From: a virus
Taxonomy: Duplodnaviria > Caudoviricetes
Virus record (IMG/VR): IMGVR_UViG_3300027749_000427
Location: 1 to 26,994 of that record
DNA length: 26,994 nucleotides
Strand: one strand, 5' to 3'
The notes below the pieces were generated by a model. The model saw only the letters and a list, made by a program, of their open reading frames with translations. It made no database searches and was not told the origin of the DNA. The position numbers were made by a program, and so were the translations under genes. Below are positions 8,943 to 15,584 of the stretch, in pieces. The first letter of the stretch is position 1, and each line of letters begins with the position of its first letter.

Positions 8943-10343
8943 TCAAGTCCAGACATAATCTACTCTCTTGACCTCAACCGCTTTGCGCGTCCAAGAATCC
9001 CCAGTTACGTTACCGTCTGCGTGTAGGCACGCATATTGATGCGCGTCTGCAATGTGGGAATGCGAATTTTTTTCCGGCTTATCGTCTGTTTCGCCATTTT
9101 GCCGGATTTTATACCTATATCCACCTCTTAGTGCAGCAATAAGGTGTGTACATGACGGATCAACTAGATGGGCAGGTTTACCATCCACTGTACGTGTGAG
9201 CATCTTATCAACTGCATTAATACGTGCAACAATGCTGTTGGACTTAGCGGAAATTACCCTAAATCCCTCAGCCCGTAATATATCAAATACCGAACGCTCG
9301 TCGGTCTGAGCCCGCTGCTGACCAGCCGGGTCACCCACAATCAGGACGTTCATACCCGGAAACCGGTTAGCCAGCATGGGTTTTAGTTTCTCCCGGCAGA
9401 ACCGCAAAGTCCCCATACCCTCAGATATTAAGTCGGCAAACGTCAGCAACCGCCCTTGAGCGTCCACCTGATTAATAGTACAAGCGGGAGTTAACCCAAA
9501 GTCCATCCCAATCATAAGCGGATGGGTCTGCAATTTAATATGTGTCAGTGTCTGTTTTGCAACATGTGTGTCCCGGTCAAACGCCTTAAACACCGGCTGC
9601 CCACTGAGCGACTTACCAAACTCGCCGTGTACGTACACGTCTATCCAGTCCTCAGTTTTACCTTCACACAGGTTCTCATAGTACTCGTCAGGCAGGTACT
9701 GCGTCCAGTCAGCTTCTTGGCTCAAGCCGCTAGGCTGAATAGTAACGTGCGTATTCTGCGGCGGCTCAGTCAGCGTTTTTTCCCAGAACGTGTCCATGTC
9801 CGGCGGGTTAGTCGCCCCCCAAACTTTGTGAATCTGCTTACCCTTGTCATCACAAGCCCCAACCCCGTTCATCGTTTTATCTGGGTATCGCCCCAGACGA
9901 CCCGTCAGCGCGTTGTAAATGTCAGGGTTAATCTCCCGAAACTCATCCATCACGCCGAAGGTCAACTGTAATGACAACAGCCTACGCACGTCATTGGCAT
10001 CGTCCAGTCCACGAAACAGAACTTCGCATTCAACGTCGTCAAACTTCAACTGAAACTTGCTGTTCGTCTTCTCTAGTATCCCCGCTTCTTGGTCTGGATA
10101 CCACTTAATAAAGTCCGGTATGGTTGTATCCCAGAGCATCTGGCGTGTGTTACGGATGACCGCCACCCGGCTGCGGCGTATGCCATCCGGTGATGCCTTT
10201 ATGCGCTTAGCTTCATACCCGATCTTTATGAGCGCAGCGGTAGTCTTGGTCGAACCCACTGGCCCTACGATAAAGTTAGCAAACTTGTCTGCTGTAAGAA
10301 ACGGAACCACCGATGTCGGCGGAGTGTAGACAAGGTTAGCCAT
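8943..10343 (-). CDS. terL: Terminase large subunit
   Basis: Walker A-like GPVGSTKT, VIRNT, Walker B GVMDEFRE, ATNPP coupling motif, RNase H-type nuclease IGMDFG, GDPAG, HIADA. Confidence 0.95.
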   Translation of the reverse strand: MANLVYTPPTSVVPFLTADKFANFIVGPVGSTKTTAALIKIGYEAKRIKASPDGIRRSRVAVIRNTRQMLWDTTIPDFIKWYPDQEAGILEKTNSKFQLKFDDVECEVLFRGLDDANDVRRLLSLQLTFGVMDEFREINPDIYNALTGRLGRYPDKTMNGVGACDDKGKQIHKVWGATNPPDMDTFWEKTLTEPPQNTHVTIQPSGLSQEADWTQYLPDEYYENLCEGKTEDWIDVYVHGEFGKSLSGQPVFKAFDRDTHVAKQTLTHIKLQTHPLMIGMDFGLTPACTINQVDAQGRLLTFADLISEGMGTLRFCREKLKPMLANRFPGMNVLIVGDPAGQQRAQTDERSVFDILRAEGFRVISAKSNSIVARINAVDKMLTRTVDGKPAHLVDPSCTHLIAALRGGYRYKIRQNGETDDKPEKNSHSHIADAHQYACLHADGNVTGDSWTRKAVEVKRVDYVWT

Positions 10344-10833
10344 CTATGGTCAGAGGCTGCGCCCCTTGGGGTATGTTTATGGTGATACTAAATTTTGGTG
10401 CCGTGCTTGCCCCAGCGTTCTTGTCTTCTTTAGGCGCTTTGAGCCCTGCCACGTCCGTGAGCGCGTTGAACACGGAGAGCTTCTGCATCACGCTGGTGTC
10501 GTTGGCTATAGCCTGCTTAAACATCATCGCCATCATCTCCTCAGCCATGAGCCCGGCCTTCAGACGGAAGGTCATCCCGTTACGCTCAAACTCAGCACGC
10601 TGTGTCTGCACTGCGGTAATGAACGGACTCCACTGGGATAGGCGTTCCCACTTCTCACCCTCAAAGCCAAAGCGCTGCGCAATAGCCACGGGGTCTTCTA
10701 GCCCAGCAGCGCACTCCCACACCAACTGGGGCGGGATGTCCAAAGTAACGTGAGGGTCTGACGCCTGTGGCGATAACGCAAACTCTGAGTGATTCAGGTG
10801 TGCTGTTAGGTCATCGACTTCAAACTCGTTCAT
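10336..10833 (-). CDS. terS: Terminase small subunit (putative)
   Basis: 165 aa overlapping the TerL start; N-terminal HTH-like segment, central helices, C-terminal FSITINI beta strand. Confidence 0.7.
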   Translation of the reverse strand: MNEFEVDDLTAHLNHSEFALSPQASDPHVTLDIPPQLVWECAAGLEDPVAIAQRFGFEGEKWERLSQWSPFITAVQTQRAEFERNGMTFRLKAGLMAEEMMAMMFKQAIANDTSVMQKLSVFNALTDVAGLKAPKEDKNAGASTAPKFSITINIPQGAQPLTIDG

Positions 10834-10957
10834 CGTTCTTTATGTATTGCGCAATCGCACGGCGGACAATCTCAGACAAAGTAACACCGGTCTTAGCCGA
10901 GTATTCCTTCATCTTATACACAAGGTCTTCGGGTAGGAAGAAATTGTGGCGAATCAT
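10820..10957 (-). CDS. Ribbon-helix-helix (CopG/Arc-like) DNA-binding protein
   Basis: Below ORF-track cutoff. Translation MIRHNFFLPEDLVYKMKEYSAKTGVTLSEIVRRAIAQYIKNDERV shows the beta-strand/helix/G-x-T-x-SEIVRRAI RHH pattern; coupled by a TGATG overlap. Confidence 0.8.
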   Translation of the reverse strand: MIRHNFFLPEDLVYKMKEYSAKTGVTLSEIVRRAIAQYIKNDERV

Positions 10958-11127
10958 CAATACTTACCCTTCATGACGGGCTTGCCAGATTTTTTCATCT
11001 TGGCCTCTTCCATAGCCTCACCCTTCTTGTACATAGCTGGGGGCATTTTCTTCTCAGCTTTTTCTTCCTTAGCTGACTCTTTACCTTTGAACGTAGCCAT
11101 GAGAGCCGGGGGCATTTTGGTAGCCAT
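10957..11127 (-). CDS. Small K/M/E-rich protein, first gene of late operon
   Basis: Below cutoff. 56 aa MATKMPPALMATFKGKESAKEEKAEKKMPPAMYKKGE...KGKY; RBS AAGGA; KMPPA occurs twice. Confidence 0.7.
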   Translation of the reverse strand: MATKMPPALMATFKGKESAKEEKAEKKMPPAMYKKGEAMEEAKMKKSGKPVMKGKY

Positions 11128-11150
11128 GTGGATTCCTTAGTTGGTTAATG

Positions 11151-11186
11151 ACGTGTGTATGGTAGCAAAAATTTATGGCGTGTCAA
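11151..11186 (-). promoter_or_regulatory. Sigma70-type late-operon promoter with downstream ACACACGT motif
   Basis: TTGACA (11186-11181), 16 nt spacer ending in TGC (extended -10), TACCAT (11164-11159), then ACACACGT. Confidence 0.75.
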
Positions 11187-11352
11187 GCGGTGGGGGGTGC
11201 TGGGACTGGGGAATGTATGTAGACGTATGTATATAGTAAAAAATTGGCCTTGTCGTGTGCGTAATGGGTAGAGTAGCGCCCCCCTCCGCGTGTCCGTGTC
11301 CCTCTCCCCTCCCCGTGCCTTTGTCTGGGCCTCATTGTCCGATTCATGCCGT

Positions 11353-11662
11353 TAGTGGAAGCTCCGCTATCCTGCACGAAATAATGCGAACAAGCGGGTA
11401 CTAAGTAGGTCACGCCGCCGAAGGGGTTTTAACATCCTAGAGGTGACCGGCAGCTGAGAGTACGCAAATAGTTGCACGCCAACAGGTCACGCTGGGCTGG
11501 GCATCATGTTGCACCCCTAGCTACTAGGGATAATGGATTGGTTTTCAATCCGCCTAAGTGTTCGTTCACTGGGTGCATAAGGGTTCGCCGCAAACCACAA
11601 TCATGCGGAGCGCCTAAAACAGGGGGCGCTGCTAATACCCTGTCGCTTATAGATTCAAGCCC
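11353..11662 (+). ncRNA. Candidate structured RNA / long leader of early operon
   Basis: No credible ORF; dense run of complementary stems including a cloverleaf (11510-11577) and an H-type pseudoknot (11609-11643). Strand is inferred from G-U pairs and the downstream gene. Confidence 0.5.
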
Positions 11663-11692
11663 CTATTCATTTATTTACTCAAAGGAAAAATC

Positions 11693-12205
11693 ATGGACAA
11701 AACAATCATTCTCAAGCGTATCGGTGCAATCGGTAAGGCATCTGCCAAACTGACTCAGGATATCCAATCTGTGGCTGTAGCGTGCGCTCTGCACGCTGTC
11801 GCTCATGGTGACGTTACCCTCGCCGACCAATTGGTAGACGCTGTAGGTAAATCCTTGCGCCGTGCATCACTGCGTGCATGGTTCGAAAAGCAAGCACCAA
11901 TGTACTTGCCCAAAGGCAAAGACAAATTCGCATTCGATGCACTGCGTGCCGAAGATATGCGTAAATTAACCACCGAAGAATTGGAAGCCAAATTCGATGC
12001 ACTGGCATGGGAAGATGCCAAGCCCGAAGCCCCTGTTATCAGCGTGTTCGATGTGTCCGATGCTGTGGACAAATTCATGAAGCGTATGGAATCAATGGTC
12101 AAAGACGCCAATGTGACTGTGCGCAACAAAGAATTGTTGGAGATACTCGGTCAACAAGTCTCTATCTACCACGCCGAAAAAGTGCTCAGCCAGAGCACTG
12201 AGTAA
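11693..12205 (+). CDS. First early gene, hypothetical helical protein
   Basis: 170 aa, strong RBS AAGGA; HAVAHGDVT...RRASLRAWF pattern recalls early proteins of lytic proteobacterial podophages. Confidence 0.8.
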   Translation: MDKTIILKRIGAIGKASAKLTQDIQSVAVACALHAVAHGDVTLADQLVDAVGKSLRRASLRAWFEKQAPMYLPKGKDKFAFDALRAEDMRKLTTEELEAKFDALAWEDAKPEAPVISVFDVSDAVDKFMKRMESMVKDANVTVRNKELLEILGQQVSIYHAEKVLSQSTE

Positions 12206-12211
12206 TCACTT

Positions 12212-12234
12212 AACCCCCAACCATATGGGGGTTT
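12212..12234 (+). terminator. Hairpin after first early gene (terminator or processing/stability site)
   Basis: AACCCCCA-ACCATA-TGGGGGTT, short U tail. Confidence 0.5.
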
Positions 12235-12271
12235 GAATCTATAAACGACTCACTCACTGAAAGGACTATCC

Positions 12272-12520
12272 ATGCCTCGCGTCCACACTGTGCCGATTGG
12301 CACTATGCCATCAATGTACTCGCCTAAGCGGGCTGAGCCTGCACGGGTACTTCCCCCCAGATATGCGCTCGGTAGGTCATCTACTCGCGCACCAATGCAG
12401 AGCTTGGTGACTTACTTCTCCACCTACGGGGTGAATGCCTCGCCGTTTAGGATGGGCACCACAGCGGGAGATCGGCACATCGTGTCAACCCGCAACATAT
12501 CCAAGTTTATCCGCGCATAA
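12272..12520 (+). CDS. Hypothetical basic protein
   Basis: 82 aa, RBS AAGGA at appropriate spacing. Confidence 0.55.
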   Translation: MPRVHTVPIGTMPSMYSPKRAEPARVLPPRYALGRSSTRAPMQSLVTYFSTYGVNASPFRMGTTAGDRHIVSTRNISKFIRA

Positions 12521-12529
12521 CTTAGGAAA

Positions 12530-12830
12530 CGAATATTCCACTGAAAAGTGTCGGAATAAACTACAGAATAAACAAAAGTCCTTATAAATCATCCACTTAT
12601 AAGGGTATTATTCTAATATTCCAATATTCTTATGTAAATGGCTGCGCTCACATGAGCGCGTATGACGTGTGTATACACATGAAACGCCGTGCCGCATACA
12701 CACGTAATCATCAAAAGGTCTGTCTCTGCGTGAAAAACGTGGAATATTGGAATATTTGAATTTTCCCCTCGTAAGTATATGATTTGCAATACACTTCGAA
12801 TATTCCAGTGCGAGATGCTATAAGAATAAA
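12530..12830. repeat. Symmetric AT-rich repeat region, candidate replication origin
   Basis: 19/20 inverted repeat 12610-12629 / 12742-12761, inverted IHF-like boxes 12587-12599 / 12772-12784, CGAATATTCCA at 12530 and 12797, central palindromes. Confidence 0.6.
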
Positions 12831-13001
12831 TAAGTATCATGACGTGGGCAAAGCCACGTTGCACCTATCATGCGCGGCATCGGCTCATCAACTTCTTTCA
12901 CATCTACTTCAGCCTATGGCTGAAGCATAACACACTAAATTCGCGCAGTCAAGCGGAATGGCGGGAGTCCCATCAACTTACTCACTTACTTGGAGCACAC
13001 C

Positions 13002-13163
13002 ATGCTTAACGACCTAATCTTCTTGGAACTTGATGAGGACAGCTACCTAATCATCGAGCCCAACTACGCCCGAATCGAGTCCCCTGAACCTTGGCAGCAA
13101 CTGCCCTACCAACCCGCCAATCCCTTTATGACCGACGAACCCAACTTTGGAGAGCAAGCATGA
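13002..13163 (+). CDS. Hypothetical acidic protein (53 aa)
   Basis: Below cutoff. RBS GGAG; MLNDLIFLELDEDSYLIIEP...FGEQA; ATGA overlap with the next gene. Confidence 0.7.
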   Translation: MLNDLIFLELDEDSYLIIEPNYARIESPEPWQQLPYQPANPFMTDEPNFGEQA

Positions 13164-13366
13164 ACTTAGAAGATGTGCAGATTGCCTTGTTTGATATGTA
13201 TGACTTACGCAAGGCTTTGTATTCAAAGCGTAAAGAAATGATGGCCCCGCATGAGAGCGATGCTACGTTTGGTGAATGCATCGACGACACGATTGCGTTC
13301 TTGGAAAAGCTAGAAGAGGAACTCTTGGACAAGCTAGAAGCTGAACTAAAAGGAGAGCAAGCATGA
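13160..13366 (+). CDS. Hypothetical protein
   Basis: Start moved to ATG 13160 (RBS GGAG within repeat); MNLEDVQ...KGEQA. Confidence 0.75.
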   Translation: MNLEDVQIALFDMYDLRKALYSKRKEMMAPHESDATFGECIDDTIAFLEKLEEELLDKLEAELKGEQA

Positions 13367-13575
13367 ACAAAGAAACAAACCACGCAGTAGGGCTTGAGAA
13401 AGCCTTACGCCGCAAAGTAGCGATGCTGCGGGATACCGCAGCCATGGCAGATGGCTATAAAGACGGACGCTCAAAGATGGCGATTCGTCTCCGCGCAGAA
13501 GCGGACACCGCCGAAAAGGCGGCTGACGAACTAAAAGCAGCAACTGATGCTCGCATATGGCTGAACGCTGAATAA
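13363..13575 (+). CDS. Hypothetical coiled-coil protein
   Basis: 70 aa, RBS in junction repeat. Confidence 0.75.
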   Translation: MNKETNHAVGLEKALRRKVAMLRDTAAMADGYKDGRSKMAIRLRAEADTAEKAADELKAATDARIWLNAE

Positions 13576-13586
13576 GGAGAGCAAGC

Positions 13587-13775
13587 ATGAACACAGAGTA
13601 CACCACCACAAAGAGCCAAACCCTTGCCGACATCGGCATAGGCATCCTCACCACTATCTTTCTGTTCACCTGCTGGGGCAGGGAAGGCTGGCTATTCAAC
13701 GCTGGCCTAGTGTGGGCTGGCGCTAATGCCGGATACCTTATCACTGTATACCTAAACCAAGGAGAAGATGAATGA
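13587..13775 (+). CDS. Small membrane protein (two hydrophobic segments)
   Basis: IGIGILTTIFLFTCW and WLFNAGLVWAGANAGYLITVYL. Confidence 0.7.
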   Translation: MNTEYTTTKSQTLADIGIGILTTIFLFTCWGREGWLFNAGLVWAGANAGYLITVYLNQGEDE

Positions 13776-13954
13776 AAGTTAAAGAATTAATCCGCTATAT
13801 GCAAGGGTACAACCCCGAGCATGAAGTAGTTGTATCAGGGCATGAGCTAGGGTTAGGCAGCGACCTTGTTCTTGTAGAGACACACCAGTATGACAAAACA
13901 AAATACATTTGCCTGATAACAGGCGATAGTTTTGAAGAAGGAGAAGACGAATGA
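13772..13954 (+). CDS. Hypothetical protein
   Basis: MKVKELIxxL/MQxYxPExEVV N-terminus common in small phage proteins; coupled at both ends. Confidence 0.75.
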   Translation: MKVKELIRYMQGYNPEHEVVVSGHELGLGSDLVLVETHQYDKTKYICLITGDSFEEGEDE

Positions 13955-14295
13955 AAACATCTGAACTAACAGGAGCCGCCCTTGACTGGGCAGTAGCGAA
14001 GTGCGAAGGCTGGCCTATGGATATTTGGTACGACGAGGACCAGCTACCCATGATTCGTGATGATGAAGTGCCGGAATACAGCCCATCATCCAACTGGGCA
14101 CAAGGCGGGCCGATCATTGAACGGGAGATGATTGAGCTTGTGCCGCAGACACCTGCTTTGTGGGACGCCATGTACAAAACGCAGCACATCCCAAACGATG
14201 GGCCAACCCCACTAATCGCAGCAATGCGGTGCTACGTTGCATCCAAGCTGGGTGACGAGATTGAAGTACCAACCGAACTAGGAGAAGACGAATGA
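13951..14295 (+). CDS. NinX-family / DUF2591 phage protein
   Basis: MKTSELTGAALDWAVAKCEG, YSPSSNWAQGGPIIERE, GPTPLIAAMRCYVASKLG signatures. Confidence 0.85.
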   Translation: MKTSELTGAALDWAVAKCEGWPMDIWYDEDQLPMIRDDEVPEYSPSSNWAQGGPIIEREMIELVPQTPALWDAMYKTQHIPNDGPTPLIAAMRCYVASKLGDEIEVPTELGEDE

Positions 14296-14609
14296 ACGAC
14301 GAAGAAAATTTGGATATTGACCTTGATGGTGGCTTGAGTGCTACCAACGAACAAGAGTTTGACTTCACTTGGCAATACCGCATAGTCAACGCCAAGTCTG
14401 AGAACGGGGGTGAGGACTGGTACTGTATCAAGGAGGTTGTCTACTATAAAGAAGACTTCGGTAGGCCAAGCGGATTCCTTGACCCATGCCTTGGCTCTGA
14501 GGACATGGAGTCATTCAAGGAGGTGTGGGCAATGATTGGCAGTGCGTGGGACAAGCCACCACTACAAGAGGAAGACTTCTGTATTAAACCAACTGAGGAT
14601 GACCAATGA
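14292..14609 (+). CDS. Hypothetical acidic protein
   Basis: 105 aa; TWQYRIV...IKEVVYY...AWDKPPL pattern; coupled. Confidence 0.75.
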   Translation: MNDEENLDIDLDGGLSATNEQEFDFTWQYRIVNAKSENGGEDWYCIKEVVYYKEDFGRPSGFLDPCLGSEDMESFKEVWAMIGSAWDKPPLQEEDFCIKPTEDDQ

Positions 14610-14914
14610 AATTCAATCAAATGCGGGGCATGAACCCCAAGTGGACGCACCATTGCGAGGAGTGTAAATACCTTGGGTCAATGCACTTGCATGATGACAA
14701 CACGGCAGACTGGTACGAGTGCGGTGAGTCAGTCCTTGCTCGACTGAGTGGCGAGGGCTCAGACTATTGGTCAATGCCCACAGGCATGGTAACTAACGAT
14801 GTATACCTTATCTCACGTATGAGGGATGGAACTTATGACACTTATGGGTATACACACATGATTGTGCTAGCACGTTTCATGCTATCAAAGAAGGAGCAGA
14901 TTAATGATGACTAA
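14606..14914 (+). CDS. Hypothetical protein, possible metal-binding (HHCEEC)
   Basis: 102 aa, ATGA overlap, RBS GAGGA. Confidence 0.7.
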   Translation: MKFNQMRGMNPKWTHHCEECKYLGSMHLHDDNTADWYECGESVLARLSGEGSDYWSMPTGMVTNDVYLISRMRDGTYDTYGYTHMIVLARFMLSKKEQINDD

Positions 14915-15071
14915 CTTAATAGAGGACGCCATCACTGACTACTGGGGTGAGCGATGCCCTGACCACGAGTGGGGATGCGATGTGTGTGCAGCATGGAATC
15001 AGTACGACATACTCACACAAGCCAAAGCATTCCAGCAAATAACAGATTCATTAGAAGGAGAACACACATGA
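14904..15071 (+). CDS. Hypothetical Cys-containing protein (55 aa)
   Basis: Below cutoff. RBS AAGGAG; MMTNLIEDAITDYWGERCPDHEWGCDVCAAW...GEHT; ATGA overlap. Confidence 0.7.
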   Translation: MMTNLIEDAITDYWGERCPDHEWGCDVCAAWNQYDILTQAKAFQQITDSLEGEHT

Positions 15072-15274
15072 AAACAGTATCAATTGGATATCACTGTGCG
15101 TGCAATGACTTTGCCGTACTAGCCACGCTGAACAACATCGACGGACGTATGACTGACGAGGACTTTGAGGAGTTGGTTGGTGTCGTTGCGTCCAAGCTGT
15201 GCCGCAAGTTGGTACGCGAGGTATTCGTATTGGAACGGCAGGACGTGCCTGACTATGTGGAGGTAGAGCAATGA
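15068..15274 (+). CDS. Hypothetical protein
   Basis: Start reassigned to ATG 15068 with RBS AAGGAG; MKTVSIGYHCAC... Confidence 0.7.
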   Translation: MKTVSIGYHCACNDFAVLATLNNIDGRMTDEDFEELVGVVASKLCRKLVREVFVLERQDVPDYVEVEQ

Positions 15275-15474
15275 ACACCCAGCTAATAGTAGAACCCCGT
15301 GGCAATTGGGGCGAGGTACGCATCTATCCTAAGTGTGAGAAGTCCAAGCTGTTCTGTCAGATGCTTAATCAAAAGACGCTGACACCACGAGACATACACA
15401 ACATCACTGCCCTTGGATTCACCATCAAGGCAGAGCACCCACCTATCACGTTCGGAAAACCGCATAGCTCATGA
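15271..15474 (+). CDS. Hypothetical protein
   Basis: 67 aa; WGEVRIYPKCEKSKLF...KTLT...ALGF pattern common in phage early regions; RBS GGAGG. Confidence 0.75.
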   Translation: MNTQLIVEPRGNWGEVRIYPKCEKSKLFCQMLNQKTLTPRDIHNITALGFTIKAEHPPITFGKPHSS

Positions 15475-15584
15475 GATGAGCTACCCAAACTACAGCATTA
15501 AATTGAACACAAGCGTAGAACTTGTGCCCGTAGACGCCCGTAAGGGTAAACCCTGACCTTAACTTACTTAAATAAAAGGACATC

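Larger units (their letters stand above)
13149..13592 (+). repeat. Junction repeat family A, GGAGAGCAAGCATGAAC x3
   Basis: Identical 17-mers at 13149-13165, 13352-13368, 13576-13592. Confidence 0.95.
13760..14296 (+). repeat. Junction repeat family B, AGGAGAAGAYGAATGAA x3
   Basis: Copies at 13760-13776, 13939-13955, 14280-14296 (one mismatch in the first). Confidence 0.95.

Noticed and set aside
901-10753. Long plus-strand ORFs opposite structural genes (e.g. 901-1383, 4058-4642, 4691-5197, 9522-9971)
   Set aside because: Antisense shadows of well-supported genes, with no RBS or recognisable motifs.
11440-11530. tmRNA (AAATAGTTGCA resembles the resume context) or TPP, SAM-I or c-di-GMP riboswitch fragments
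   Set aside because: No GGGGC 5' end or CCA 3' end, the implied tag does not end in AA, and only isolated short words match the riboswitch consensuses.
11510-11580. Functional tRNA gene
   Set aside because: Non-canonical anticodon loop and T-loop, weak D-stem, no CCA. Kept only as a tRNA-like finding.
11578-11645. HDV-like (theta) ribozyme after the tRNA-like element, suggested by GCTAAT followed by ACCCT
   Set aside because: Could not place P1, P1.1 or the UCCNCGY-type L3 loop in the required order.
11183-11753. ORFs 11183-11413 (-) and 11472-11753 (+)
   Set aside because: No SD, atypical composition, and they overlap promoter, low-complexity and structured regions.
12613-12864. 83-aa minus-strand ORF in the origin-like region
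   Set aside because: Against local gene orientation, no RBS, and the sequence is explained by DNA repeats.
12907-12925. N4-type virion RNA polymerase hairpin promoters
   Set aside because: No virion RNAP gene in the window, and the triloop hairpins share no conserved loop or flanking sequence.
13091-13159. TTG-start N-terminal extension of the 13160 gene
   Set aside because: Overlaps the better-supported 13002-13163 ORF. ATG 13160 has the SD and the ATGA coupling.
13149-14296. Junction repeats as a CRISPR array or integron attC sites
   Set aside because: Repeats are 17 nt, non-palindromic, about 180-340 nt apart and separate whole genes. There are no attC-type GTTRRRY/RYYYAAC hairpins.
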